The notes under the pieces are model-generated. The model was not told the origin of the DNA, did no database searches, and saw only the letters and a program-made list of their open reading frames with translations. This document shows positions 17,530-27,892 of a stretch of DNA of 64,000 nt, in pieces (position 1 is the stretch's first letter; each line of letters begins with the position of its first letter). The stretch is from positions 20,878 through 84,877 of the forward strand of contig JAVKHO010000011.1 of assembly GCA_031459915.1 (NCBI GenBank), in the 5' to 3' direction. The stretch is from Candidatus Tepidifontimicrobium thermophilum. Its GTDB lineage: Bacteria; Sysuimicrobiota; Sysuimicrobiia; Sysuimicrobiales; Sysuimicrobiaceae. Both the position numbers and the translations under genes were made by a program.

Positions 17530-18345
17530 ATGGCGGCGCAAGCCTGGCGGTCGCGCTACCGCGCCCTCCAGATCGGCGAGCTTGAAGACGGGATCGTGGA
17601 GGTGATCCTCCACAACCCGCCCACCCTGAACTCCGTCACCGCGCAGGCCCACGCAGAACTGGCACAGGTGTGGCGGGACCTCGACACGGACGAGGACGTC
17701 CGGGTGGTCCTGGTCCGCGGGGCGGGCGGCACCTTCTCTTCGGGCGGGGACCTCCAACTCATCGAGGACATCATCCGGGACGAGTGGGTGCGGCTGCGGG
17801 TGTGGAAGGAGGCACGCGATCTGGTCTACAACCTCCTGAACTGCGGGAAGCCTGTGGTCTCGTGCGTGGAGGGAGTGGCCGTAGGCGCCGGGCTGGCGGT
17901 GGCCCTCCTGGCGGACGTGTCCGTGGTGGGGCGGTCCGCGCGCCTGCTGGACGGCCACGTGCGGCTGGGAGTGCCCGCAGGCGACCACGCGGTGCTCCTG
18001 TGGCCCCTGCTGGTAGGCCTCGCCAAGGCCAAGTACTACTTGCTGCTCAACGAACCCCTCTCGGGGGAAGAGGCGGAGCGCCTGGGACTGGTCTCGCGGT
18101 GCGTGCCGGACGAACAGGTGTACCCCGCGGCTCTGGAGGTGGCCCGCCGCCTGGCGGCAGGGAGCCCTCAGGCGATCCGCTGGACCAAGTACGCCCTGAA
18201 CAACTGGCTCCGCATGGCGGGCCCCGTGTTCGACACCTCCACCGCCCTGGAGTTCCTGGGCTTCCTCAGCCACGACGCCCAGGAAGGGGTGGCCAGCTTC
18301 CGGGAAAAGCGGGAGCCCCGCTTCTCCCCGAAGTCCCCGCTCTGA
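17530..18345 (+). CDS. Enoyl-CoA hydratase/isomerase family protein
   Basis: [35 protein letters not shown]. Confidence 0.93.
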   Translation: MAAQAWRSRYRALQIGELEDGIVEVILHNPPTLNSVTAQAHAELAQVWRDLDTDEDVRVVLVRGAGGTFSSGGDLQLIEDIIRDEWVRLRVWKEARDLVYNLLNCGKPVVSCVEGVAVGAGLAVALLADVSVVGRSARLLDGHVRLGVPAGDHAVLLWPLLVGLAKAKYYLLLNEPLSGEEAERLGLVSRCVPDEQVYPAALEVARRLAAGSPQAIRWTKYALNNWLRMAGPVFDTSTALEFLGFLSHDAQEGVASFREKREPRFSPKSPL

Positions 18346-18386
18346 CCCCGCGGGGACCAGGTCCCGGTGGCGTACCATTAGGGGAG

Positions 18387-20471
18387 ATGGTGAACCGCCT
18401 AGCCCAAGCCCGCAGCCCTTACCTGCGCGCCGCGGCCCACCAGCCGGTGGCGTGGTACCCGTGGTGCGACGAGGCCTTCGAACGGGCTCGACGGGAGGAC
18501 AAGCCCATCCTCCTGGACATCGGCGCCGCCTGGTGCCACTGGTGCCACGTCATGGACCACGAGTCCTACGACGATCCGGAGGTGGCCGCCTTCATCAACG
18601 AGCACTTCGTCCCCGTCAAGGTCGACCGGGACGAGCGGCCGGATGTGGACGTGCGCTACCAGAACGCGGTGGCCGCGCTCTCCGGCCAGGGTGGGTGGCC
18701 CCTTACCGCGTTCCTCACCCCCGAGGGGCACGTGTTCTATGGGGGCACGTACTTCCCCAAACACGACCGGTACGGCCGGCCCGGTTTCCTGCGGGTCCTG
18801 CAGACCGTGGCTGACGCCTACCGGCGGGAGCGGGACCGGACGCGGGAGGTGGCAGCCCAGCTGGTCCAGGAGCTGCGCCGCGCGCAGACGGCCACGGGCC
18901 CCGCGGACCTCACGGAGACCCTCGTGGAAGAGGTTCTAGACGGCATCGCCCAGGCCTTTGACGTCCGCCACGGCGGCTTCGGGAGTGCGCCCAAGTTCCC
19001 CCACCCGTCCGCCCTCGACCTCGTCCTGTACCACTTCGCGTACCGACGGGAAGGGTGGCTGGAGGCGGTGGCCCGGCGGACCCTGGACGGGATGGCGCGG
19101 GGCGGCATCTACGACCAGCTGGGCGGCGGGTTCCACCGGTACAGCACCGACGCCCGGTGGCGCGTGCCCCACTTCGAGAAAATGCTCTACGACAACGCGG
19201 CCCTGCTCGCCACGTACAGCCGCGCTTACGCTCTGTGGCGGGCCCCCCTGTACGCGGAGGTCGTGGAGGGGACTGCCGGCTTCCTCCTGCACGTCCTGGC
19301 CGACCCCGCCGGCGGGTTCGGCGCCAGCCAAGACGCGGACACCGGCCCTGGAGACGACGGCGACTACTTCACCTGGACCCTGGAGGAAGCCGCCGCGGTT
19401 CTGGAGCCGGAGGAGCTGGAGGTGGTCCGCCGGCGGTTCGACCTGAACGAACAGGGCGAGATGCACCACGACCCGCGGCGGAACGTGCTGTGGGTGGCGG
19501 CTTCCCTGGAAGAGCTGGCGACGCAGCTGGGCTGGAGCGTCCAGCGGGTGCGGGCGGTCCTGGACAGCGCGGTCCAAAAACTCCGACGGGCGCGCGCGGG
19601 TCGCCGGGCTCCCGCGGTGGACCACACCCTTTACACGGGCTGGAATGGGATGGCCGCGGCTTCCTTGCTGGTCGCCCACCAGGCCACCGGCGTGGACCCG
19701 TACGCGGAGGCAGCCCTGAAAACGGTCGACCGGTTCCTGCGCGAGGGTTTCCAGGAAGACCACGGCTTCCCCCACGCCCTGCACGACCCCGCAGGACCCA
19801 GGACCCTGGAGGATCAGGTCCACATGGGCCGCGCGATGTTGCTGGCGTACGGGCTGACGGGGCAGCACGGGTACCTCGACGCGGCCGTGCGGATCGCGGA
19901 GGTCCTGGACCGGGAGTACCGCGACCCTGTGGACGGAGGGTTCTTCGACGTCCCGAAGTCCCAGGCCAGGGGCCCGGCCCTGGAGCTGCCGTACAAACCC
20001 ATCCAGGACGCCCCCACCCCCTCGGGGAACGGTGCGGCCGCCCTGTTCCTGCAGGATCTGTCCCACCTGACCGGCCAAGCCCGGTGGGCCGAACGGGCCC
20101 ACGAGGTCCTACGGACCTTCGCCGGGCCCGCTCGGGCGCACGGGTACTTCGCAGCCACGTACTTCCTCGCGGCGAGCCGCTTGCTGCAGCCGTCGGCGCA
20201 CGTGGTGGTCTCAGGCTGGCGGGGCGACCCGGCCGCCCAATCCCTGCACCGCGCGGCGTGGTCCGCCGTTCATCTGGACCGGCTGGTGTCGTGGGTAGAG
20301 CCCGGCGGGACCCTTCCCGAACCCGCCCGGGCCATGGCAGAGCGGGCGGGGAGTCACGCCACGGCCTTCGTGTGCGTGGGCAGCTCGTGCGCGCCGCCCG
20401 TCACCGATCCAGCCGCGCTCCGTCAGGTCCTGGAGAGCGGGCAGATCCGCCTGGGTGGTCCCGCTGGTTGA
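18387..20471 (+). CDS. Thioredoxin-domain protein YyaL/DUF255 (SPATA20-like)
   Basis: NRL..SPYL, CHWCHVM, KVDRDERPD, PHFEKMLYDN. Confidence 0.95.
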   Translation: MVNRLAQARSPYLRAAAHQPVAWYPWCDEAFERARREDKPILLDIGAAWCHWCHVMDHESYDDPEVAAFINEHFVPVKVDRDERPDVDVRYQNAVAALSGQGGWPLTAFLTPEGHVFYGGTYFPKHDRYGRPGFLRVLQTVADAYRRERDRTREVAAQLVQELRRAQTATGPADLTETLVEEVLDGIAQAFDVRHGGFGSAPKFPHPSALDLVLYHFAYRREGWLEAVARRTLDGMARGGIYDQLGGGFHRYSTDARWRVPHFEKMLYDNAALLATYSRAYALWRAPLYAEVVEGTAGFLLHVLADPAGGFGASQDADTGPGDDGDYFTWTLEEAAAVLEPEELEVVRRRFDLNEQGEMHHDPRRNVLWVAASLEELATQLGWSVQRVRAVLDSAVQKLRRARAGRRAPAVDHTLYTGWNGMAAASLLVAHQATGVDPYAEAALKTVDRFLREGFQEDHGFPHALHDPAGPRTLEDQVHMGRAMLLAYGLTGQHGYLDAAVRIAEVLDREYRDPVDGGFFDVPKSQARGPALELPYKPIQDAPTPSGNGAAALFLQDLSHLTGQARWAERAHEVLRTFAGPARAHGYFAATYFLAASRLLQPSAHVVVSGWRGDPAAQSLHRAAWSAVHLDRLVSWVEPGGTLPEPARAMAERAGSHATAFVCVGSSCAPPVTDPAALRQVLESGQIRLGGPAG

Positions 20472-21210
20472 AGGCGTTCCGGGAGCACAGGACCGCGGCC
20501 TGTACGTCCGCCTGAAGCACGCCCTGAGCGAGCTGACCCTCCGCGCTACCGCACAACCCACGGGCGCCAGGTTCGTGGCGTGGATGGCGGCCTACGCCCG
20601 CCTCGCCGCTTGGGGCGAGGCGGTGCCCGAGGAAGACGTGCGGGCGGAGGCCGTACGCCTCGCCCGCCCCGCAGGCTGGGCGCTGTCGTTGTCCGACCTA
20701 GCCCCACTGATCCGGGTGCGGGTGCTGTGGCGGGGGGCGGGCCGGCTGTCCGCCCCCCGCGCCTACCGGCCCCACTGGCGGTACTTCCGCCAACAGGCGG
20801 ACCGCCTCCATCGGGCGGTGCTTTTCCTGATGGACCCTCCTCCCGCCCCGGAACCGGAGCGCTCCACGTACCGTGGGCTCGTCCTGTTCGACTTCGGCCT
20901 GTTCTTCGCGTGCCACGAGCACTTCGAGGGCCTCTGGCGCGACACAGTCGGTGAGGACCGCGACTTCTACCAGGGGCTCGTGCAGCTGGCGGCGGCGTTC
21001 TACCACCACGAGAAGGGCAACTCCCGGGGTGCGGTAGCACTCCTCCGCCGGGCCATGAGACGCCTTGCCTCCTACCGGCCGTCGCACCAAGGCCTGGACG
21101 TGGACGTGTTGCTGCACCAGCTGGGTCCCTGGGAGGCGCGCTTTGCCCTGGGTGCGCGCGCTCCGTATCCTGTACTCGTCTCGAGCCGGGGGTTGACGGG
21201 TGGCGGGTAG
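20455..21210 (+). CDS. DUF309 domain protein
   Basis: FFACHEHFE..W, YQGLVQLAAAFYH...GN..GA. Confidence 0.8.
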   Translation: MVPLVEGVPGAQDRGLYVRLKHALSELTLRATAQPTGARFVAWMAAYARLAAWGEAVPEEDVRAEAVRLARPAGWALSLSDLAPLIRVRVLWRGAGRLSAPRAYRPHWRYFRQQADRLHRAVLFLMDPPPAPEPERSTYRGLVLFDFGLFFACHEHFEGLWRDTVGEDRDFYQGLVQLAAAFYHHEKGNSRGAVALLRRAMRRLASYRPSHQGLDVDVLLHQLGPWEARFALGARAPYPVLVSSRGLTGGG

Positions 21211-21232
21211 ACGGGCGGCTTCAGGAGGTCCC

Positions 21233-22594
21233 ATGAGGGACGTCTTCGACCACATCGACCGCCACGCGCAGGAGTACGTGGCGGAGCTCGCAAGGCTGGT
21301 CCGCCAGCCAAGCGTTGCGGCCCAGGGTGTGGGGCTGGAGGAGTGCGCCCGCCTGGTGGCCGAGATGCTGGGGGAAGCGGGAGCCAGGGTGCGCGTGTAC
21401 CGTCTGCCAGGCGCCGCGCCCCTGGTGTACGGCGAGTTCCCCGGCCGGTCCCGGAAGACCCTCCTGGTCTACGAGCACTATGACGTCCAGCCCGTAGAGC
21501 CACTGGAGGAGTGGGAGTCGGACCCCTTCGAGCCGGAGGTCCGGGACGGCCGCATCTTCGGCCGCGGGGTGGCCGACACCAAGGGCAACCTGGTGGCCCG
21601 CCTGTGCGCGGTCCGTGCCTACCGGCAGGTCCGCGGGGAGCTTCCCGTCACCGTGAAGTTCCTGGTGGAGGGCGAGGAGGAGATCGGCAGCCCGAACCTG
21701 CGCCGGTACGCGGACGCTTACCCCGACCTGTTCCGCGCGGACGGCTGCCTGTGGGAGTCCGGCGGGAAGGACCACCAGGACGTCCCCAACCTGTACCTGG
21801 GGGTCAAGGGGATCTGCTACGTGGAGCTCGTGGCACGGGGCGCCAACCGGGATCTGCACTCCTCCATGGCCACCATCGTCCCCAACCCCGCGTGGCGGCT
21901 GGTGTGGGCCCTCCGCACCCTGAAGGACGAAAACGAGCGTGTGCTCATCGAAGGGTTCTACGACGCCGTGGAAGAGCCCAGCCCGCAGGAGGAGGAGTGG
22001 CTGCGGCGGATCGCCGCGGGCCGGGACGACGCCGCGCTACTGCGGGATCTGGGGCTAGACCGGTTCCTCCTGGACCTGTCCGGCGTGGAGCTGCTCAAGC
22101 GCCACCTCTACCAGCCCACCTGCACCATCTGCGGGCTCGTGGCGGGCTACGGGGGGGAGGGCTCCAAGACGGTCCTCCCCAAGGCCGCGCGGGCGAAGAT
22201 CGACTTCCGCCTGGTGCCCCGACAGCGGGCGGAGGACATCCTGCACAAACTCCGGGCGCACCTGGCGCGGCACGGGTTCGCAGACCTGGAAGTCGTCCCC
22301 ATGGGCTTGGAGGACCCCGCCCGCACGCCCCCGGACTCCGAGATCGTGCGGGTGGTCGCCGCCGCGGCCCGGGAGGTGTACGGCAAGGAGCCCGTGATCT
22401 ACCCCATGATGGCGGCCACGGGGCCCATGGACGTGGTGTGCGGACGCTTCGGCACGCCCGCGGTGGGCACGGGGGTGGGTTACCCCGGGACCAACGTGCA
22501 CGCGCCCAACGAGAACATCCGGATCCGCGACTACCTGGAGGGGATCAAGCACGTCGCCCTCGTCCTGGAACGCTTCGGGACCCTGGAGGGCTAG
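21233..22594 (+). CDS. M20/M25/M40 family metallopeptidase
   Basis: HYDVQP, GRGVADTKG, EGEEEIGS, HAPNE. Confidence 0.95.
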   Translation: MRDVFDHIDRHAQEYVAELARLVRQPSVAAQGVGLEECARLVAEMLGEAGARVRVYRLPGAAPLVYGEFPGRSRKTLLVYEHYDVQPVEPLEEWESDPFEPEVRDGRIFGRGVADTKGNLVARLCAVRAYRQVRGELPVTVKFLVEGEEEIGSPNLRRYADAYPDLFRADGCLWESGGKDHQDVPNLYLGVKGICYVELVARGANRDLHSSMATIVPNPAWRLVWALRTLKDENERVLIEGFYDAVEEPSPQEEEWLRRIAAGRDDAALLRDLGLDRFLLDLSGVELLKRHLYQPTCTICGLVAGYGGEGSKTVLPKAARAKIDFRLVPRQRAEDILHKLRAHLARHGFADLEVVPMGLEDPARTPPDSEIVRVVAAAAREVYGKEPVIYPMMAATGPMDVVCGRFGTPAVGTGVGYPGTNVHAPNENIRIRDYLEGIKHVALVLERFGTLEG

Positions 22595-22604
22595 CGGTCG
22601 TGCC

Positions 22605-23279
22605 GTGAGGTCGTACGACCCGTTCTGGGAGCGCCCGGAGGTGGTGGAGCGGTTCGCCTCCCGGCCGCCGGACGACCGGATGGTGGCCCTGCTGTCTGAC
22701 GCGCCCCGTGCCACCCGGGTGCTGGACCTCGGCTGTGCCGCGGGCCGGAACACGGAGTGGCTCGCTCGGGAGGGGTTCGACGTGTACGCGTGCGACGCCT
22801 CCCAGGCCATGGTGGCGTACACGCGCAAGCGTCTCGCTCCCTGGCTGGGGGAGGCGGAGGCCGAGCGCCGCGTCCTCCTGTGCTCCATGGACCACCTGGC
22901 CATGTTCGAGACGGAATCCTTCGACCTGGTGGTGGCCCTGGGGATCTACCAGCAGGCGCAGAGCACGGACGAGTGGCACCGGGCGGTAGCCGAGACCGCC
23001 CGGGTGTTGCGCGCGCACGGGCGCCTGCTGGTGCAGCACTTCGGGGTCGGGAGCCAACCCTGGCCGGATCCCCTGCGACAGGTGGAACCGTTCGTGTTCG
23101 AGGCCAGCGTCCCCGGGGCGGGGATGCGCCGGTTCGTCCTGCTGGACGAGGCTACGTTGGACGCGTGGATGGCCCAGCACGGCCTGGTACCGGAGACGCC
23201 GACCCGCAGCACCACCCGCCCCACGGAGGAGGGCGGCTTCTGGCGTAACCTACACGCGCTTTACCGGAAGCGCCAGTAG
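22605..23279 (+). CDS. Class I SAM-dependent methyltransferase
   Basis: VLDLGCAAGRN, SFDLVV, ETARVL. Confidence 0.88.
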   Translation: MRSYDPFWERPEVVERFASRPPDDRMVALLSDAPRATRVLDLGCAAGRNTEWLAREGFDVYACDASQAMVAYTRKRLAPWLGEAEAERRVLLCSMDHLAMFETESFDLVVALGIYQQAQSTDEWHRAVAETARVLRAHGRLLVQHFGVGSQPWPDPLRQVEPFVFEASVPGAGMRRFVLLDEATLDAWMAQHGLVPETPTRSTTRPTEEGGFWRNLHALYRKRQ

Positions 23280-23328
23280 CCTGGGTTTGACACCACTCGG
23301 CAGGGGTCGTGTACCATGGGGTCGGCCC

Positions 23329-23421
23329 GGAGGGGTGGCCGAGCGGTCCAAGGCGGCGGTTTGCTAAACCGTGGCGGGGCAAAAACCCCGCCCGTGGGTT
23401 CGAATCCCACCCCCTCCGCCA
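23329..23421 (+). tRNA. tRNA-Ser (GCT)
   Basis: Acceptor GGAGGGG/CCCCTCC, anticodon arm GCGGT-TTGCTAA-ACCGT, long variable arm, GGTTCGAATCC, discriminator G, encoded CCA. Confidence 0.96.
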
Positions 23422-23430
23422 CCACTTCCC

Positions 23431-24597
23431 TTAGCCCAGCAGCCCTTTTGCGTGCCGGCCCCGCAAGAGCGCGCCCTCGGAGAACCTGCGTAGCGAGAAC
23501 ATCCGCAGGTCTACGCTGAGCGACTGCCCGCACACCCAGCGGGCCAGTTCTTCCCCCAGCGCGGGGCTCAGCTTGAATCCGTGGCCGCTGAAGCCGGCGG
23601 CCACGAACAGGCCGTCCGTCCCGTCCACCGGTCCCAGCACGGGCTGCCAGTCGGGTGTGACGTCGTAGATGCTGGCGTACCCTCCCCGGAACTCCGCCTG
23701 GGCGGCGCTTGGGTAGCGCTTCGACCACAGACTCCCCACCCGCTCCACGAACGCCCAGTCTACCCCCGCGTTGTACCGGTCCGGGTCCACCACCTCTTCC
23801 GGCTCCTCCTCCAGCACGCCCGCCAGCACAGTGCCCCCGGTCTCCGGGCGGGCGTAGAAACCCAGGCTGAGATCCTCCAGGACGACCTCCAGGCGGCCGA
23901 ACTGCGCAGGGGGAGCCAGCTGGACCACCTGCTCTCGGGAGGCCACCACCGGGAAGTCTACGCCCAGAGGCCGGAGCAGGCCTGCGGTCCACACGCCCGC
24001 AGCCACCAGCACCCGAGAGCAGGCCACGGGGCCCCGGGAGGTCTGCACACCGGTCACCCGCCCGCCGGCGGCCTGTACCTCCTCTGCTGCCACGCCTTCC
24101 CACACCTCCACGCCCAGCTCCCGCGCCGCCGCGGCGAAGCCCGCCGCGGTGGCATAACCGTCCGCATAGCCTGCGTCGGGCTCGTAGGCGGCGCCCGCGA
24201 CGCCCTCCAGACTGAGCCTTGGATCCAGCCGGGCCACCTCCTCCGGGGTCAGGACCTCCGCGCGGACGCCCAGCCGACGTTGCAGCGCCACGTTCGCCGC
24301 CAGCCCCTCCAGCTCCGAGGCCGGGGCCAGAAGCAGGAAGCCTGTGCGGGTGAAGTCCGCGCTCCGTCCCGTGAGCTCGTGGAAACGGACGAAGCGTTCG
24401 AGGCTCCGCCTCGCCAGCTCCACCAGCGGCTCGTGGGAGTAGTGGAGCCGGACGATCCCCACGGTCCTGCCGGTGGGGCCACCACCCACCTGCCCGCGTT
24501 CCACCAGGACCACCCGGCCTGCGCCCAACTGTGCCAGGTGAAACGCGGCGCTAGCGCCCACGCAGCCACCGCCCACCACCACCACGTCCGCCTGCAC
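23431..24597 (-). CDS. FAD-dependent oxidoreductase (DAO/sarcosine oxidase beta-like)
   Basis: VVGGGCVG, YDVTPD, GFSGHGFK. Confidence 0.92.
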   Translation of the reverse strand: MQADVVVVGGGCVGASAAFHLAQLGAGRVVLVERGQVGGGPTGRTVGIVRLHYSHEPLVELARRSLERFVRFHELTGRSADFTRTGFLLLAPASELEGLAANVALQRRLGVRAEVLTPEEVARLDPRLSLEGVAGAAYEPDAGYADGYATAAGFAAAARELGVEVWEGVAAEEVQAAGGRVTGVQTSRGPVACSRVLVAAGVWTAGLLRPLGVDFPVVASREQVVQLAPPAQFGRLEVVLEDLSLGFYARPETGGTVLAGVLEEEPEEVVDPDRYNAGVDWAFVERVGSLWSKRYPSAAQAEFRGGYASIYDVTPDWQPVLGPVDGTDGLFVAAGFSGHGFKLSPALGEELARWVCGQSLSVDLRMFSLRRFSEGALLRGRHAKGLLG

Positions 24598-24600
24598 CCT

Positions 24601-25662
24601 CTACCCCCTTCCCTCCTGCGCCCCCGCGGGCAACAGGTACACGCCGGCCTCCTCGAACCGGAGGCGGACCTCCTGCCCGGGCGCCAGGTTCCGGTCCGCG
24701 CGGTACGGCTGCGTGGCCAGGACCTCCCCCGCCGGCGTGTCCACGAGGATCTCTGTGGTCATCCCCATGAAGAACACGGTCCGTACCAGGCCGGGCAGCC
24801 CCGCACCGTCCCGGACCACGACCACCGCCTCCGGCCGTACCATCAACGTGACCGGTCCCTCGCGAACCTGCTCCTGCTCCAGGGGAAAACGGTAGCCCGC
24901 CACTTCCACCGCACCGTCCCGGTAGGTGGCTGGAAGGAGGTTGGCCTCACCGATGAAGTCCGCCACGAACCGAGTACGCGGCCTCCGGTACACTTCTTCC
25001 GGGCTGCCCACCTGCTCTACCCGGCCCTGGTTCATCACCACCACCACGTCCGACAGGGCCAGCGCCTCCGCCTGGTCGTGGGTCACGTACACGCTGGTGA
25101 TCCCGAGCCGCTGCTGCAGCATCCGGATCTCGGCCCGCACCCTGCGCCGCAGCTTGGCGTCCAGGTTGCTGAGGGGTTCGTCGAACAGCAGCACCCGGGG
25201 CTGCATTACCAGCGCTCGGGCCAGGGCCACCCGCTGCTGCTGGCCCCCGCTGAGCTGGGCGGGGTAGCGCTGCGCCGTCTCCGGAAGTCCTACCAGCTCC
25301 AGCGCCTCCAGGGTCCGGCGCCGCACCTCCGCCGCGGGCAGCCGCTGCGCCCGCAGCCCGTAGGCTACGTTTTCGAACACCGTGAGGTGCGGGAACAGCG
25401 CGTAGGACTGGAACACCATGGTCACACCGCGCCGCGCGGCGGGCAGGTCCGTGACGTCCTCCTCCCCGATCCACACCCGCCCCGCGGTGGGCCGCTCCAG
25501 CCCGGCCACGATGCGCAGGGTGGTGGTCTTGCCGCAGCCCGAAGGCCCCAGAAGGGTGACGAGCTTGCCGGGCGGGACGTCCAGGTCCACGGAGTCCACC
25601 GCCACCACAGAACCGAATCGCTTGGTGACGCCCCGCAGTCGCACGGGTACGCTCTCGGCCAC
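24601..25662 (-). CDS. ABC ATP-binding protein (AfuC/FbpC type)
   Basis: GPSGCGKT, LSGGQQQR, DEPLSNLD, TOBE tail. Confidence 0.94.
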   Translation of the reverse strand: MAESVPVRLRGVTKRFGSVVAVDSVDLDVPPGKLVTLLGPSGCGKTTTLRIVAGLERPTAGRVWIGEEDVTDLPAARRGVTMVFQSYALFPHLTVFENVAYGLRAQRLPAAEVRRRTLEALELVGLPETAQRYPAQLSGGQQQRVALARALVMQPRVLLFDEPLSNLDAKLRRRVRAEIRMLQQRLGITSVYVTHDQAEALALSDVVVVMNQGRVEQVGSPEEVYRRPRTRFVADFIGEANLLPATYRDGAVEVAGYRFPLEQEQVREGPVTLMVRPEAVVVVRDGAGLPGLVRTVFFMGMTTEILVDTPAGEVLATQPYRADRNLAPGQEVRLRFEEAGVYLLPAGAQEGRG

Positions 25663-25667
25663 TGCCC

Positions 25668-27887
25668 TCACCCCGCTCCCAGCTGGGCGGTCCTCGGATC
25701 CAGGCGGCGGCTGAACAGCTGGAGGGTCAGCACGACCGCCACCAGCAGCAGCGTCAACACCGACGCCAGGGCGGCTCCCCGCCCCTGGCTGCCGTACTCC
25801 AGGTAGGACAGGATCTGCGTGGTGGCCAGGTTGTGCTGCGGCGTGATAAGGAAGATCACCTGGCTCACGGCGGTCATGGCCCTCACGAAGGCGAACACCA
25901 ACCCGGACAGCAGGGCTGACCGCGCCAGGGGAGCCACCACCCTGCGGAGGGTCAGGCCCGCACCGGCCCGCAGGACGGTGCTGGCCTCCTCCAGCGACCG
26001 GTCGATCTGCTCCAGGGCCGCCACCGCGGCCCGGATGGCCACGGGCATGTTCCGGAACACGAAGGCCAGCACGATCACCAGCTCCGTACCCGTGAGCAGG
26101 AGGGGACCCTGGTTGAAGGCCAGGACGTAGCCGATCCCCATCACCGTGCCCGGAGTGGCGAAGGAGAGCATGGAGCTGAATTCCAGGGCGCGCCGGCCTG
26201 GGAAGTTCACCCGGTTCACCAGGTAGCCGATCAGAAACCCCACCAGCACGGAAGGGACTGCCGCGTAGGCGGACAGCCGGACGGTGGTGCGTAACACGTG
26301 CCAGCCCTGCGGGTGCAGGTCCTGGAGGTGCCGTAGGGTGAAGGTGTAGTCGAACCCCCACAGGCGCGTCACCGCCCCGACGAACACGGACCCGTACAGG
26401 AGGACCACCAAGAGCATCCACAGCACGAACACCGAGGAGGCGGCCCAGTCCAGCCACCCCGGCAACGGCTGGGGACGGGCACCCGTGGGCCGGCCCGTGA
26501 CCGTGACGTAGAAGGCCCCGCCCACCCACCGCTGCTGCAGGGCAAACACCGTCAGGGTCAACGCCAGCAGCACAGCTCCGTAGGTCGCGGCCTCGTGGGG
26601 GTTGTACCGGCCCACGATGGCGAAGAACACCTCCGTGGCCAGGAACGGCTTCCCGCCCCCCACCACGATGGGGTTCGCGAAGTCCGCCAGGCTCTCGATG
26701 GCTACCAGGAGGAACGCATTGGCCAGCCCCGGACGGGCCAGGGGCCAGATGACGGTCCGCAGCAGGTGACCGGGGGAGGCTCCCAGGGTCTGGGCCGCCT
26801 CCTCGAGGCTCGCGTCCAGGGCGCGGACCACGCCCACCAGGACCAGGTACGCGATGGGGGTGTAGGCCAGGACCTGCGCCACCGCGACGCCCAGGGGTCC
26901 GAAGAACACGTCCGTGGACACACCCAGGAGCCGGTACGTCACGAAGCCCCGTCGGCCGAACAGGTACAGCATAGCAATGCCCAGCACGAAGGGAGGGGTG
27001 ATGAGGGGGAGCACCGACAGCGGCCCCATGAGCCGGCGCGTAGGCAGCTGGGACCGCTCCGACAGCAGCGCGAACGCAAAGCCCAGCCCGGTGGACACCG
27101 CGCCCACCACCACCGCCAGGAGGAGGCTGTTCCGCAGGGCCCCGAAGCCCAGGTACAGGGCCGCCAGCGCCGCCGCGGCCAGCCCACCGAACGCGGCCCC
27201 CCGCAAGGCCCGCTGCCCCCAACCCAGCCGCCACAGCACGACGCCCGTGAGCACCGCCACCACACCGCCGCCCTGGGCGGCCAGCAACAGTTCGTTTCTG
27301 GCCGTACCCGGGTGGTCCAGGGCGAAAAAGGCGGGCGAGCTGAGGGTCCGCTGCAGGACCTCGGTGGTGAGGCGGCCGTCCACCCACACGCTGGCCACCA
27401 CCACGGAAGCCAGGGGTAGCAGGATGAACAGCGTCACGAAGGCGGCGGCCCACAGCACCGCCGCGGAGAGGAACGGGTCTACGAACCACCAGCCAGAGGT
27501 GGACAGTCCGAACCCCGTAAGGGTGAGAAACCCCAGGACGGCCACCACCGCACCCGGGCCGAGCGGGGTGCCCCGGAACGCCACGAGCAAGCCGGACAGC
27601 ACCACGCCCGCCAGCGCCAGGGCCACCAGCGCAGCGCCGCGGCTCCGCTCGGGCCCGGGCCACACCGCCACCAGAAGGGTGGCGGCGGCGACCAGCAGCA
27701 CTCCCGCCGCCAGGAAGGAGCCCGACGCTAAAGCGAACCCGGTAGACTCCGCCACCCACGAGCCCAGATCCCGTCCCGTACGGCTCCACGGCAGGGCGGA
27801 GGCCGCCAGCAGGGTGAGCGCCGCCCAGCCGGCTACGGCCGGCTGGGCGGCCCAGCGGAGTTGCGCAACCGCGACCGCCCGCGCCAA
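25668..27887 (-). CDS. ABC permease (AfuB/FbpB type) with extended N-terminal membrane region
   Basis: Two EAA motifs (LEEAAQTLGA, LEEASTVL), PLITPPF, SLADFANP. Confidence 0.92.
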   Translation of the reverse strand: MARAVAVAQLRWAAQPAVAGWAALTLLAASALPWSRTGRDLGSWVAESTGFALASGSFLAAGVLLVAAATLLVAVWPGPERSRGAALVALALAGVVLSGLLVAFRGTPLGPGAVVAVLGFLTLTGFGLSTSGWWFVDPFLSAAVLWAAAFVTLFILLPLASVVVASVWVDGRLTTEVLQRTLSSPAFFALDHPGTARNELLLAAQGGGVVAVLTGVVLWRLGWGQRALRGAAFGGLAAAALAALYLGFGALRNSLLLAVVVGAVSTGLGFAFALLSERSQLPTRRLMGPLSVLPLITPPFVLGIAMLYLFGRRGFVTYRLLGVSTDVFFGPLGVAVAQVLAYTPIAYLVLVGVVRALDASLEEAAQTLGASPGHLLRTVIWPLARPGLANAFLLVAIESLADFANPIVVGGGKPFLATEVFFAIVGRYNPHEAATYGAVLLALTLTVFALQQRWVGGAFYVTVTGRPTGARPQPLPGWLDWAASSVFVLWMLLVVLLYGSVFVGAVTRLWGFDYTFTLRHLQDLHPQGWHVLRTTVRLSAYAAVPSVLVGFLIGYLVNRVNFPGRRALEFSSMLSFATPGTVMGIGYVLAFNQGPLLLTGTELVIVLAFVFRNMPVAIRAAVAALEQIDRSLEEASTVLRAGAGLTLRRVVAPLARSALLSGLVFAFVRAMTAVSQVIFLITPQHNLATTQILSYLEYGSQGRGAALASVLTLLLVAVVLTLQLFSRRLDPRTAQLGAG

Positions 27888-27892
27888 CTCCC

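Noticed and set aside
17670..18386. N-terminal extension of the 933-aa YyaL ORF
   Set aside because: Off-frame overlap with the enoyl-CoA hydratase; real start at 18387 with an RBS
23287..23317. TTGACA...TACCAT promoter for the tRNA
   Set aside because: Spacer is 19 nt; plausible but not supportable as a canonical promoter
23329..23430. tRNA-Ser 3' end as integration site for the ABC/iol cluster
   Set aside because: No integrase in the window and no duplicated tRNA 3' end found at the far side of the cluster
24601..27789. 1062-aa ORF as a giant ABC fusion
   Set aside because: Only the last ~353 codons are ATPase; the rest is an off-frame shadow of the permease
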